DNA of 28,301 nt, from contig MU054001.1 of NCBI GenBank assembly GCA_013239625.1, forward strand, positions 7,117,078 through 7,145,378, written 5' to 3'. Numbering within the stretch: the first letter of the stretch is position 1; every line of letters starts with the position of its first letter. The notes beneath the pieces were generated by a model, which had not been told where the DNA came from, did no database searches, and worked only from the letters and a program-made list of their open reading frames with translations. A program made the translations under genes and the position numbers. This stretch comes from Lama guanicoe. Taxonomy: Eukaryota. Positions 1 to 12,699 of this stretch are shown here, one piece after another.

Positions 1-1284
1 CTGTAAGGTGACACAGCTGCACCGGTGGGGTCCGCTGTCTGACACCGCCGACCGGCCTCTTAATGGATATGGATTGCTGCTTCCCTGCATTTTCTCCAGG
101 ACTCTTGTGAATTCCTCCTGCGTTTCCATCTATGGGGTCTTACTTCCTTCTCTGGGAAAGGACTTGCTCTTTCCTCCTTACTTCTGAGTATTGGTTTACA
201 AACCCCATCCATCCTTAGGGCCCCTGAGGCATGGGAGCGGGGATACCTTCCTACCAGTCTCTCCCAACTCCCTAAAGCTCGAGGTGTTTATTGCAAGCAG
301 GATAGAACTGTCTAAAGTACATGTTTTTAGTGGCATTATTTGGGAAATGTAAGTTCTTATCTTTGTTGTGTCCATGTGTAAAAGTTGAATAATACCTTAG
401 AAAATAAAAAGAAAAATCCATGGGCACGTCTGAGATTAGGGTGAGCCTTACAGTTGTGTAGCCAGTGTCCATTTGGACGAGTTCAGAAAGCTTATCCAAA
501 AATGACTGTTGTCTTAGATTGAAACACTGTGTGATGAGCCCTCCCCTCTGCCTTTTGGAATCTTGCTGTCCCTCCAAGGCCCGCCGTTCCCCAGCAGCCC
601 TCCTTCGCTCCCCCAGCCCTCAGAGGGCCGCCCTGGGTCCCGCCAGCCTTGGGAGTGCTCACCTTCTGGCTACTCAGAGTGCGCCAGTCTTCTGGGTCGG
701 CCTCAGACTGCTCCTTTGTCCTCCCCCAACCCTGAGCCCCCAGTAGGTGACCAAGAAGTCATTGATCAGGAATCCTTACATAGATGTGTATCCTGGGAGC
801 TGTTCCCGTCAGAAGCTGTGCTCTGGTCTAGAGACTTCCTGATGCTTTGCCAGTCTCTCCAGCCCCCAAGCACCAGCCCCACATGCAGAGCAGCAGACCA
901 GCTGACACCCCAGGGGAGAAATGGGGCCTCCTCCTTCCTTGATGGAGAGAGGCCTCCTTGATGACTTTCTCCATGTGACTCACGCACCTGCTTTCACACT
1001 GTTCCTTTAGTGATTTTTCAAGCCTAATGGGCATCATATCAGCTCGTTTCCTTTAAAAAATGTATGGAAGAGGCCCATGTGCGGATCATGTGCTGTTCAC
1101 CGTCTCTCGCTGTTCTCTGTCCACAGAGCTGGTAATTTGAAGAGGCTCTCACTTGGCTCCGGTTGAAGTTGCTGTGGTACTCTGCCGCACTGCGTAGGAA
1201 AGGTTTCCCGCAAAAGGGGTTAGGTTGAGGAGCAGAATCCTCAAAACAAGGGGTACAGGAGAAACTGCAGGAGAAACTGCCTAA

Positions 1285-1436
1285 GTGTCAGGGAGTATGG
1301 AAAAACCCATCACAGTTTCTGTTGCTACTGGAGGGGAGGTTTCAATAGAACAGACGAAGCTGGCTTCACCCCTTCCCACCCATTCTGCCACGAATGTGAA
1401 TGTGATATTTGAATTGTGGCAGCCATCCTGTGACTG
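1285..1436 (+). mobile_element. MLT1-like (MaLR) LTR fragment
   Basis: gaatgtgaatgtgatatttgaattgtggcagccatcctgtgac matches the MLT1 'gcagccatcttgtgacc' block and closely resembles 2748-2790 in the larger MLT1 copy; 5' boundary uncertain. Confidence 0.45.
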
Positions 1437-1636
1437 CGAGCAATTACTGTGTGCTAGAAATTGCGCCCAGGGTTATAGCTAATCCTCATTGAAACCCTAT
1501 GAAGCAGGAGCCGTTATCCACCCCATTTCATAGGTGAGGAAACCGAGGCTCAGAGAGTAGACGAGCACACAGCTATCAGATAGCAGAGGTGGCAGTTGAA
1601 TCCAGGTCTGGCAAAACACAAGGCTGAGCTGTTAAC
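1437..1636 (-). mobile_element. MIR SINE
   Basis: Reverse-complement MIR core ccccatttcataggtgaggaaaccgaggctcagagag, followed by cacacagcta and ttgaatccaggtctg. Confidence 0.85.
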
Positions 1637-2479
1637 CGTGAGCTCTACATTCCTCATAGAAGGCGGGGCAGCAGAAGGCTGGAAGGGCTCCCAGCTTCAT
1701 GGCATCCATTCTCCGTCTGCCCTGGTGAGCTGCTCCGTGTCCTCCTTTCTTTTTCTGAGAACAGGTGGGATGAATGTGGAAAGCTGGGGAGAGCATGTTG
1801 GGGAACTCCCTGCAAAACTGGTATTTAATCACTTTAACTCCAATGAGTGAGCATGCAGATGCGGCTCAAGGTGTGGCTGTTTTAATAATAAATCAGAGTT
1901 GAGTGCTCACAATTCCTTAATTATGTACATTTTTCTCAGGAAGAGTTTAAGGACCCCAGCAGGTGCTTGCTCTCTGGGCCTCATTACTGCTGGCAAAGCA
2001 GGGATTTATGCGTTTAGAGCAGCATGTGGCGAAATGCGAGTGAGGACTGGGAGGCTGCTGGTGTTTCACCTGCTGTTAGCATGTCACCTCGGGGTAAGCA
2101 ATACATGTTAACACCCCAGACAAATCTCCCAGGCTTGTTTCTTTTACCGAGTCTGAAAATAATTGAACAGCTTATAGCAACTTCATCACTAAAGGTAGTG
2201 AGTTATTTAACCTTTCTTTAAAAAGGTGCCATATTTTCACACCATTCTTATTCCATCTCATTTAATTCATTTGTGAAGCCCACAAATTATTAAAAGAAGA
2301 ATGGCATGCTTTCAGTATTCCTGGGATGTGTTTTCCCAAGTTATTGTTGTTAAGCAAACTCTCATTTTGTTAGGAGTAGTTGATTTGGCTGGAACAGGTG
2401 AAGGGAACTTTTCTCTCTGGTGGCCCTGTTAACACCTCTTGGTCTCCTAGATGCATCCTGTCCTCCCTCCTTTGGTTGT

Positions 2480-2980
2480 TACGGCTATATGCTCAATGAT
2501 CAAACTAGAATTTCGTTCAATAGAACACCTGTTCCCATCTCGTCTCACCTGTATATAAAGACTGAAGTAATATATAGTCACTTCCCTACACTACCTAGCA
2601 GCTAGGTCATGTGATCTGGTCCTACCTAATGAGATATAATTGAAAATACTGGGGGTGGTTGGTGGGAGGTTTCACAGAAAGCTTTAGCTTTCCTGAAAGG
2701 ACTAGGATAATAAGGTTGGCATTATCCCTTCTCTCCCTTCCTGCCTTGATGTGAATGTGATGTTTGAGCTACCGCAGCCATCCTGTGACCATAAGGCAAG
2801 ATAGACATAGGAGTGAGCCACCATGCTAAAGATGAGGAAGTAGAAAGGAGCTGGAGTCTCTGATATCACCATTAAACACTAGCCCTAGTGCTAGCAACCA
2901 CTTGTCTTTAGATTTCTTATTATTAAGAAAAATAACCTAATATCTTTTAGCTATTATAGTTGGGTTTTGCTGCCTAACAC
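2480..2980 (+). mobile_element. MLT1 (K/L/J-like) MaLR solo LTR
   Basis: Ordered MLT1 blocks: gcagctaggtcatgtga, taatgagatataa, gcagccatcctgtgaccataagg, gccaccatgctaaagatg, then a 3' end gttgggttttg...taaca. Confidence 0.75.
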
Positions 2981-3029
2981 ATTTCTTTTTTTTTCTTTTC
3001 TTTCCTTTCTTCCTTCCATCCTTCTACCC

Positions 3030-3560
3030 ATTTGTCCATTCATCCATCTATCCAATAAATATTTAGCAACTACAATGTGCTTCCTTGATGCTAGGGAAAT
3101 AATAGTAAATAATAGACAAGTCCCTTCTCTTCTGCAGCATAAGCTCTGTTAGAGAGAGTCTAATAATATGAACAAATATACAAGCAAGATAATTTCACAT
3201 TAGCAAGTAAAGTGAGAATTAAAATAGGGTGATGTGATCAACCGTGAAGAGGTGGCAGTGAGAGTCCCATTTTAGATGGAATAGTCAGGGAAGAACTTTC
3301 CGAGGAAGGAATATTGTTGCTCAACACTGAATAACCTGAAGGTGCCAGCCAAGCAAAAATCTTGGGGAAACATTGCAGAAGGAGGGAAGAGAACTACAAA
3401 GGTCTCCAGGAGAGAAAAGGCTTGACTGGTCAAGGGGAAGAAAGGACAGTGTGGCCGGAGAGTCCTACAGTGGGAGGATGGGGAAGGGATGAGATTGGAG
3501 AGAGGCTGAGGCCTCACGTGGGGTCCTGGAGGACATGAGAAGTCATTTATGGAGACTGTG
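3030..3560 (-). mobile_element. LINE-2 3' fragment
   Basis: Tail ccattcatccatctatccaataaatattt, then antisense L2 blocks gtcagggaagaact and ggagggaagagaactacaaaggtc. Confidence 0.75.
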
Positions 3561-4344
3561 GTCAGGTGTGAGTCTTAGGGTTGAGTGGTGGAAGTGAGGA
3601 AACCGGCATTGCTTTCTCTTGAGCTGCTGTATATCGACTGCAGATACTTCAGGGACCTTCCTGGGATATCCATTCCCTGCAAAGCTCTTGAGCCCTGGAT
3701 TAATGTCTGTGGGCACCTGCCCATAATAGCCCCCAGGTCCCTGCCTGGAGAAGATGCCGTGGAGCAGCCCACTGGGATAAGCTGGGATTCTTAATTGCAA
3801 GGGATAGAGCCCAACTTGGGTTAGTTCAAGCCAGTTTTTTGGCAACATGACTATGGAATACTTTGTCATGAAGCAGAGTGCAGTTTGGAAACCCTTGCTC
3901 TACTCTCCTTGCATTTCCTTACTGATGGCAGCTTATGTCTGGTTTTTTGGCAGTGCCTCCAATAACTCCATCTTTCCTACCTGGTGTGTAAAATTGGAGA
4001 GCTTTGGGATCTTCAAGGCACAGTGTTGGGCATAAATTATGGTGAGTGCTGGGAAACCTGGAGTAATTGAGCATGTCCAGAATCAATGACAGTGTTATAA
4101 ACTGTGGGGGAAGGTATTGGAAAGCTAGATCAGACTCCAGGAAGAATACCACAGAGGTCTTCCCTCCCAGTGACCCTCATGAGGGCAGGTGGGGACAGAA
4201 CTGGGGTGAAACTGGAGAGTGTAGTGAAACTCTGGGTGGGTGTCTCCCCAGAGACAGGCTGGAGGTGGGCTGTGACGGCGTTGACTGGCCACCTTGTGAA
4301 GGCCGTAGTCATTGATCATGGTGTGCAAAGCAAATAGGCTTTGT

Positions 4345-4900
4345 CGTCAACACATGCTTATTGAGTGCCCGCTCTAGGCACTGAGCAGACCCCAGTGACC
4401 AGGACAGGCTGCTGTCACCGAGCACACATTCTGTTAGGGGAGGGGCTACAGGTAAACAGGTAAATGTAGACTAGGTCAGACGGTGAAAGGCGAGGCAGAC
4501 AGACTTGCCTGGGGATGGGTTGTTGGGAGGTTGATTTTTACATAAGGCAGCCAGGGAAGGCCTGATGGATAGATAGGCTGGCATCTGAGCAGACGCCGGA
4601 AGGAAGGGAGTGAGGTGTGTGGCTATCTTGGAAAAACCGTGCTGGGCCGAGGAAACAGTGCGGGCTGCATACTGAAGAGCTGGGGGCCAGTGCAGGGCCT
4701 CTGGGTCTCCTTAAGGAGTCTGGATTTCCTTGTAAGAGTGAAGAGAAGCCGGGAGTGCTCCTCTGTGTGCCAGGAGCTGCCCTGCTATTGCTGCATGGAG
4801 ACCAGTCAGGTGCTGTTGAAACAGCGTGGATGAGAGACCAAGGGGCCTGGCCCGGGCTGGCAGCTCCGGAGGGGACGCATGTGACCATGCCGCAGGACTT
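4345..4900 (-). mobile_element. LINE-2 3' fragment
   Basis: tcaacacatgcttattgagtgcc...ctaggcactg tail; cagggaaggcct; ggccgaggaaacag; ttaaggagtctggattt. Confidence 0.65.
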
Positions 4901-5049
4901 TCAAAGCTAGAGCCAGAGGGGTTGCTGATACAACTAACGAGACGATTGTATTGAACAAACACAAAACCAGGGGTAGCTGGAGAGTGCCGGCCAGAGCAGC
5001 TGGAAAACGGAGCTGCCTGTTTGTCCTGTCCGTTCAGTCAGGGGACACA

Positions 5050-6270
5050 CTTTCACCGAGTGCCTTCTGTTGGCTGACTGGCACCAGGCCAGGTGCTGGT
5101 GCTCAAACCTTAAGTGAGACTGTCTCTCACAGAGCTTCTGTTTCTAGCCGGGAAGGCACAGCACGTGTGAACAGACAGGTAAAACAGAGATGGGGGCGGG
5201 TGCCATGAAGAAAACATGGGGAGGGGTGTGGAATCCCAGAATAGGGAGGTGATCCAGGACATGTGGCAGGTAGCCTGCTCCAGGGGCTGTAGGTTCTGGA
5301 CCCAGGGGCGGGGGGCACATCTGAGCAATTCTCCGACACCTGCTGGGAGTCCTACAATTCAGCTCAGTTCTGAAACTACCTACCTGGGGATAGCGGCAGA
5401 TCCCACAGGTTAGGGGCTCCGTCCCACAAGACTGCCACTCTTCCCCTTCAGACACCAAACACAAGTCCAGGTTGTCACCTGTGCTTCTGACAGCCTGGCT
5501 ATAGATCTGAGGTTCCCACGACCCCTGTTTGGATTTGATTAATTTGCTAGAGCAGCTCACAGAACTCAGAGAGGCATTTTATTGCCTAGATTACCAGTTT
5601 ATTATAAAAGGACATACAGTCAGATGGAAGAGGTGCATAGAGCAAGGTGTGGGGACAGGACACGGAGCTTCCGTGCTCTCTGAGTGTGCCTCTTCCCAAA
5701 CCTCCATGTGTTCACCAGCTCAGGAGCTCTCTGAACCCATCCTTTTGTGTTTTCATGGAGGCTTCATCACATAGACATGGATGATGAAATCACTGGCCAT
5801 TCATTGGCAGTGATTTGACCTCCAATCCTCCTCCTCGCCCCGCAGGTCAGCAGGTGGGGACCGAAGGTTCTAACCACCTAATCTCATGGGGCAGCCAGCC
5901 CCACCCTTAAGTGCTTTCCAAAAGTCACCTCAGTAACATAACAAAAGACAGCTTTGTGGCTCTTACCACAGGGACAAAAACCAAAGCCCAATTTCTTATT
6001 ATAAATCATAAATCATAGTATCATAGGATGACATTTAAGCCAAAACCTAAAAGATTAAGAACCAATCAGCCAAAGGGTGGGGCAGTGTGTGTTGAAAAGC
6101 TTGGCTCCACTCTATCGGAAAAGGGCTAGGCTTGTTTGAAAGAAATGGGCCCAGTGTGGTTGGAATTAGGGCATAAGGCAACGAGTGATGTGAAATGAGG
6201 CCAAACGTCAGGCTGGTCCCAGGCAGGGCCAGGATACCCAGGTAGTTTTTACCCCAAGGGCAGTGGGCCA
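5050..6270 (-). mobile_element. LINE-2 fragment split by the MER21-like LTR
   Basis: L2-like accgagtgccttctg...ccaggtgctgg...ctcacagagctt at 5050-5220 resumes after the LTR as gatgacatttaagccaaaacctaaaaga (6027 onward). Confidence 0.5.
5320..6025 (-). mobile_element. MER21-family solo LTR (MER21B/C-like)
   Basis: Diagnostic gtcctacaattc, cagatcccacaggttaggggctc, gattaatttgctagagcagctcacagaactcag; right end reverse-complements to a MER21C-like start (tgatttataataagaaat); left boundary approximate. Confidence 0.85.
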
Positions 6271-7439
6271 GAGAAGGACATCTGAAGGTGGACTGTCCAC
6301 TGGAAGAGGCCTGTGGCCATTTCCCTCTCTGGCTCGGGGGGCCTCAGAGCAGCTAACCCTCATGTTTTGGGAGCTGGTTTGCTTTGGCGGTGGCTGCTTG
6401 CAGGAAGGGCAAGTTGGCAACAACCCCTCAGATAGAAATCTCAGAGCCGGCCTCACCTCTTCTCTGAGGCCTTGTCTCTGAGGACAGGTTGGATTTTTCA
6501 CTTGCATTTCCTGACATGCTGGCTTCAGTAGCCTCTGACACCCTTTCAAATGCTGGGTTTGTGTGATGAGACAATGCTGGGTTTCTGTGATTCCACTCAG
6601 AGCGTCAGAGTGGAAGTAATAAGGAAATTAACTACCTTAGCTTAAACCTCTAATTGCTTCTGGGAAGACAGAGAACATGGAAAATACCCATATGTAGGAG
6701 CGTTTCAGGTCTTAAGGTGAACGAAAGACACTATTTCACTAAGGTGGTAATAAACACGACTAGAAAAAAAATCTCCCTTCCAGACAGAAGGAAGAGAAAT
6801 CGAATGAGGTTGTCACAGTCCTTCCTTTTGTTGCCACAGTGGCGTCGGCAGGCCTCGGGCGGAAAGGGCTCCACTGATGTTCTCACTCTCACAACCAAGC
6901 TGTAGCTGCTAAGGGAGGTGGTGCAGGCCGGGGAGGGCAGGGCACAGGGGAGAGGCTTTTGTGGCTGGACCAGGAGGCATCTCAGTGCGAGACAAACCCT
7001 GCTGCTTCTCCAGCCCCTGCTGCTGCCTCAGCCGGCAGGCACATCCCTGTGCTTCCTGCTCCGCGTGGTCCAGGCTGCACTTGGGGGCCCTGCTGCCCTT
7101 TCCTAGGCCAGGGGAGGTGGGGGGTGGGGGTTGCCCTGGGTTTGCCCATCCTGAGCCCCAGGGGGGCCAGATCCCTGCTGCGCTTCCCATACAGACTGTG
7201 AACATCCCTGTAGCTGAGACTACACACACATGGTGTGTGGGGAAGGAGAGATGTTTATCCAGCAAGTCGAACTCACGCCCCGTCCTCAGGCTGCACTGGC
7301 TCTGGCACACCATGACTTAATATCTTTTTTTTAACAAATTTCATCACTAGCTCATGAGCACCAGCCTTATTACCTTGTTTGGTCTTAAAAAAAAAAATCT
7401 CTGTGTTGGCTGTAAAGTATTTTAAATATACCTCCAGGA

Positions 7440-7589
7440 GGTGCAGTGGGAAGACTGGGTGAAAGAAGATTGGCAAAATGTTGAACCCAAGTCATGGGTG
7501 TACAGGGGTTCATTATCCTCTCTGAAAACACTTCATATAAGAAGTTAAGATAAATTAAAATAAATAAAATAAAATAAATTAAAATAAAC
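7440..7589 (+). mobile_element. Ancient L1M 3' end with A-rich tail
   Basis: gaaagaagattggcaaaatgttg and catgggtgtacaggggttcattat, followed by (taaaa)n at 7551-7589. Confidence 0.65.
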
Positions 7590-8205
7590 ACATTACCACT
7601 ACATTTTGTCTCTGTTCAGTTTTCATTATCGGAAGTGGCCCCTTGTCCCTGATAAGCTCTGAGGGCGAAGCTTAATATTTTTGCTGAGAGACACGAGGGA
7701 GAAGTTCCTGGAAGGCTGATGAGTGTCACGGGACATGTTCTAGCAGCATGGTCTCCATTTGGTCACCCATCCTGCTCTCTCCCCAAAGACTTGGTGCCCC
7801 TGTGGACATCCCCCAGATAGCGCAGGGCTGGTGGGAACCTCTGGGAACAAGTCTACTGGGGGCTATGGCTGTGCTGAGTGCGCCACGGGGAAAACCCTCT
7901 CTCCTCGTCCTGTCCTCCACATGATGAAATTCCTCCTTGAAGCCTTCCCTGACCATCCCGACTGAAAGTGGATGTTTTGTCCCCTTTGTACCTCCCTCCC
8001 GACACTGGTTTCTGTCTATCTGGTGTTGGAATTAACTGTGTTCCTTGGTGGGTGGTGCAGTTCTCCATGGGGCAGCTGTGGTCTCCCACGAACATGGGGC
8101 TCCAGCTCCAGGATGCTGTCACCTCTGGGTGCCCTTGCCCACGGGGCTTTTCTGACACTATAGTTTGGAGGGCTGGACGGCACCATTTAAAGGGCAGGAG
8201 AGACT

Positions 8206-8606
8206 TGTTGCCAAAAAATTGGCCTCTGCATCCTGAAAGGCGAATTCAAACTCAGAGGCAGAGTTTGGGAGCAAAGAGAGCTGCTTTATTGCTTCACCCG
8301 GCAAAGGGGAGTCACAGCAAGCTAATGCCTTGGAAACTGTGACTCCGTCTTGAGGTTGAGGCTTGGTGATTATATAAGCAAACTGGAGAGTTATCAGTGC
8401 TAACAAACAATGGAATTTTTTACGAAAGTTTATTTTGTGTCACGGGAAATTCTGGCGGTCCTGTTACAAGTTATTTAGGGTGGGGCATAAATCATAGGGT
8501 TGGGGTTGCTGAGTGCATAATCATTCAAGCAGGTTCAACAATAGGAGTAGCAAGGAGTGTAACGGGTTAGTCAGTTAGAAAGAACTCCAAGAAAACAAGT
8601 CAGTCA
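8206..8606 (-). mobile_element. ERV1-like solo LTR, probably lineage-restricted
   Basis: TG...CA ends; minus-strand TATA box (ttatataa 8370-8377) and AATAAA (8285-8290); gctttattgct...ggcaaagggga.tcacagc block typical of cetartiodactyl ERV1 LTRs; flanks gact (8202-8205) and gacc (8607-8610) as a degenerate 4-bp TSD. Alternative right end at 8540 (caaca). Confidence 0.75.
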
Positions 8607-9959
8607 GACCCAGTGAGCTCTGTAAGCTGCCTTAGCATCAGGGAAGCCATTTTGAGTGCTAATCTTGGCCCTGCCCTGGCAGGACCTTAGGCAAGCCTCC
8701 TCCTGAACCTCACTTGTCTGAGGTCAGGGTGCAGAACTGGTGTCATCCTCCAGCTGGAAAAGCCCTGAATCTAATTGCCTGGGGTGTTTCCCAGGCCTGA
8801 CCGCTGGGCTCACTGCGCTGTGGCTGGAGTCCAGCTGCCCCTCTACATGGCAGAAAAGTGTGATATGTGCCAGAGAGGGGAGGGCCCCTCCTCAGAGGCC
8901 CTCACGTCCCTGCCTGCCCGTGACACTAATTACCAGAGACACATCTGAACACTTCTGTGGCACAGAGCTCTGCGGCAGCCCGAGCCCAGCTCGTCCCCAG
9001 CAATGGGCTGTTAGAACCCTGCACCTGTCGGCAGAGGGAAAAGGCAGACGGGTCCTCCTCCACCAGTGGTCTCTCCGCGGCAGAGAGGTCAGGCGTGTTT
9101 TCTACATTTTTATTCTCTGAGATGGTCTCAGCACATCCTTGGAGGAAGGCCCAGGGAACAATACTGGCAAAGGTGTCACTTCCAAACCCTCTTTCTGCCT
9201 TTCCCCCAGGGCAGAGGAATTAAATGACATTGCTTTATTCAAGGAACTATTTCAAGAGCTTTCTTTGTCTCTAGAAACAATGGGGGATGGGAAGAAGAGA
9301 AACTCTCCTCCCCTGGTGGCCTGTAGGCTTGCCCTTTGAGCAGCTTAGGAGTGCTGGAACCTAAAGCTTTCCTCAGGCTGCTACAGAGATTGCAGGACAG
9401 ACACACTGTTATTTTGTGTAAGAAATTAGACATTTAACCTGTGACACATGTTTTGTCATCACTTGGAATTTTTCTTGTGCACACACTGGGAAGAGTTCTT
9501 ACATTATTGAAAAGAGACTTATTTACACATAGATAGTTTTAATCCTGGATTATTTTCACACACAATAAACAGGAATATATGAGCAAAATAAGCTGCTTAA
9601 AATATTTCTCAAAATTCTGCGCATCTGAAATTTTTGAGTTACGTTTCGATGGAGACTTTGATGTCTGTGCTTTTTCTGCACATTCTCGTCCTAGACGCTG
9701 GGAAGAGCCCCAGGGATGCAGCATGTCTGAGATTTTCTTTCAAGCTGGGACACCCTTTCTGCAAGTTTTGATGTCTATACACAGGCAGCCACAACTGTCT
9801 CACAACTCTGCCTGGCCTGAGGTGGTGGTGAAGCCACATCCCCTTTTCAGAGAAATTAAAACAAAAAAGAACTGAATTTTAGAGGTGAAAGAAGATGGTA
9901 ACAGGACATGCTGGAGGCAGGAGCAAGGGCAGTGGGTGGATGACTGTTGCTGTGAATTC

Positions 9960-10250
9960 CAAGGAGGGGGGATGGTGTAGGTCGGGAAGGCTTCATGGAG
10001 GAGGTGGGCCTGGAGCTGCTAGAGGGGAAGAGGCCGGGTGTTTTAGGGAGGAGCTCTGGCAAGGTGATGGGGCTGGCTGCCTAGAGGAGGGTGAGAGGAG
10101 TGGGAACCCAAGGGAGTGGAGTTATTCTGAGCGGCAGTGGGAACCATTCAGTTTCTACTCAGGCAGGGCTAAGTGGAAAAGCCTTTTTAGGAAGAACATT
10201 CCGGGGGTATAGAGAGAGACTTCATCCAGGGCAATGGTCAGGAGGCTATG
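9960..10250 (-). mobile_element. Degenerate LINE-2 fragment
   Basis: ggtcgggaaggcttcatggaggaggtgggcctggagctg is a typical antisense L2 block; gcagtgggaaccatt follows downstream. Confidence 0.5.
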
Positions 10251-12399
10251 GAGGGAGCTGCAGGTGAGGAAGCAGAAGCTGGGGAGGGAGGTGGGAGGTG
10301 GCAGTGGGCAGAAGGCTGGGAGTGCGGGACTGTGCAAGTCAGAGTCAGACTCATGAAGCTGTTGTCTTGCTGTGCGGCCTTCTCTGCCGAAGAGGTTGTC
10401 AAAAGCTCAGACCCTTGTCCTCTGCTCACCCTGTGGTCCTAGGATCCACCCCCGGGACCACTGTCCCTTCCAGCAGTCAAAGCGTCAGAGCTGGTTCCGT
10501 GCCCTCCATACACAGGACAGGATGTTGCCCAGATGAGTCCAGGCTTTCTCGACATTAAAGACTGATGCAGGTTAAGGGGAAAATCTTTTTTTTCCTATGA
10601 GACCAGGATACTGCCTCCTTCTAGAGTATCACTTGACAGTCGTTTCGGTGATGGCAGCAATGAAACAGCGAGGCTTATTCACACTGTGCTCTCCCCACCC
10701 TCCCCAGGGAGAGGGTCTGCATCGCCCAGTGACTCCTTCTCCTCAGGGTGACCAAGATAGCTTCCTGGCACCACCTACATCACCAGTGGGCTACCAGGCT
10801 AGGAGACAGCAAGAGAGGAAAATTGAGGAAGCTACCAGAGTGCCCGGTGTCAGGAGAGGCTCTAGTTTAACAGAATGGAGCCCACTTGGAGGGTGATGGG
10901 GCAGTGAGCCCGCTTGGCGCCCTTACCAGCCCTGACAGTGGCCCTCCCTTCCAGATCCAGGCCCTCTGAGGGCTCCGTGCCAGCCTCAGAGGTCCTTCTC
11001 TGCAACGACTACATGGAAGCCATTATGCTTGGGTTTGTTATGACTGAAGACAGATTTAATTCACGCCAGAGGTGAGAGCTAAGTGTGCTGATTAGCTGTG
11101 CCATCCTGCCATCCTTCCTACAGAGCAGAGTGGCTGATGGGTGTGTTAACTGCTTAATTTTTAGATGGAGTTTAAAATAAACATTTCTTTAAGTTTTGAA
11201 GGCTTGATGAATCATAAGATCATTCTAAATTACATGCCACTATAATACTCAGTTCCCACACACTCCCTCTCCCAGTCCCACCACTTCCACATCATGTGGG
11301 ATTTCTTAACTCTTAGTTGTGAGGACTTGAGTTCACTGATGATGGGAGGTAGTAGGGATTTGCTAAGAACCGACTCCTCCAAGGAAGGTACGTGCCAGAT
11401 GCACGTGCCGCATGTGTGCCTGTGTGCGTGTGAGGGCGCAGCGTGGGGAGTGGTGTCCTCGTGTGTGCCACATGGCCTGTCTAGTAAGTGGAGGCATCAG
11501 AGCTGTGTCTTCCAGCCCTACCAGTGGGTCAGGCCCTGGGGGCACACGAGGGTGTTTGCAGACCCGGACCCAGTGTGAAATGCAAACCAGTGGCATGGTG
11601 CCTGTTGGTAAAACTGGCCTTGAAAAATCCTTAAACTCCCACCCAGTAGAGCCTGCGGGGGTTTGTGTGTGTAGTACTGGGGGGTAGCTCCCCTGCACCC
11701 TGCGCTGAGGGAACCCAGCAAAGTCCCGCTGCTGCAGTGTGGCCGTGCCCCCTTGTGAGGTCAGATAGCTCCAAGGGGGCAGGGAGATGGCTCATCACCC
11801 TGCAGGGTTTACCCCGTTCAGTTTGAATAATAAGGCCCTGAAGGTTAAGTTCTGAAAATAGGCTTGCTTCTTGGTGTCAAGCTCAGATAAGACAGTGGGA
11901 TGGCTTCTTCTACACTGAGTTAGGGTCTATGGTGAGAGCAGTGCGCTGCACTGTACAGCGTGCAACACGACATCAGCCTGCAGACACCACTTAGCTAGAA
12001 ACCATTATTACTGCGGGACAGTAAAATGTACTGCCCCGAGGGCTGCTGCATGGAGTGTCAGAATGACAACGACTTCAGAAATGCGGGAAGGGAATGGAAA
12101 GGAGGTTTTTGGCAGAGGCAAGACCCAAACTCAGGCCTCCTGGCTCCTGCCACACCACCAAGCTGCCTCCTCCACACACCATCTGCTGTCACTGTCCTTG
12201 GCTGGTTAGGTGGACATTCCCCACCTTGTTACGGACACGTTAAAACATCTGTTCAGTGTTGGCACACACTGCGGGGGTTGTTTTGATCTTGCGAGGTGGC
12301 AGCTTGCTAAGGTCCCGAACCTACACTTATCTTTGCCAATTTCCTGACCCTACACTTATCATCTAATTTACTTATTCATTCTATTGTTACTTTACAATT

Positions 12400-12574
12400 A
12401 CGTAAACTTACAAATTTATTATATGTATTGTTATCTCCCCTGCTATCGTGTAAATGCCATGAGGGCAGGATTCTTTGTTTATTTTGTTCACTGGTATAAC
12501 CCAAGCCCCTAGAAACAGTGCTGGCAAATAGTAGGTGTTCAAGTAAACATTTGTTGAAGGAAGTGAAGTGAATA
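12400..12574 (+). mobile_element. LINE-2 3' end
   Basis: tgtaaatgccatgagggcagga...ttgttcactg...cagtgctggcaaatagtaggtgttcaagtaaacatttgttgaaggaa. Confidence 0.85.
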
Positions 12575-12576
12575 GT

Positions 12577-12607
12577 ACACACACACACACACACACACAT
12601 ACACACA
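12577..12607. repeat. (CA)n microsatellite, one interruption
   Basis: acacacacacacacacacacacatacacaca seen directly. Confidence 0.95.
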
Positions 12608-12699
12608 GGATGGGGAAGGGTTGGCTTTAGGAGAGCAAGACAAAAATCTATCAGTTTTGTAAGGCCCAGCAACCGCTGGCTCCAGAGACAGGTATGATG

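Noticed and set aside
560..710. CpG island or promoter in GC-rich stretches (also 6840-7300)
   Set aside because: GC-rich but CpG density looks low and the stretches are short; no transcript evidence.
7111..7140. G-quadruplex-capable tract ggggaggtggggggtgggggttgccctggg
   Set aside because: Pattern is real but very common in GC-rich mammalian DNA, with no promoter context.
9304..9322. CTCF-like ggccaccaggggagg on the minus strand, and several aggtggcag words elsewhere
   Set aside because: Only partial matches to the core motif; not supportable without PWM scoring or ChIP data.
11936..11980. Hairpin cagtgc-gct-gcactg, faintly like a MER91 terminus
   Set aside because: Too short to support either an RNA structure or a transposon call.
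12320..12360. 12-bp direct repeat cctacacttatc with 17 bp between copies
   Set aside because: The intervening sequence has no tail or element signature; probably a small local duplication.
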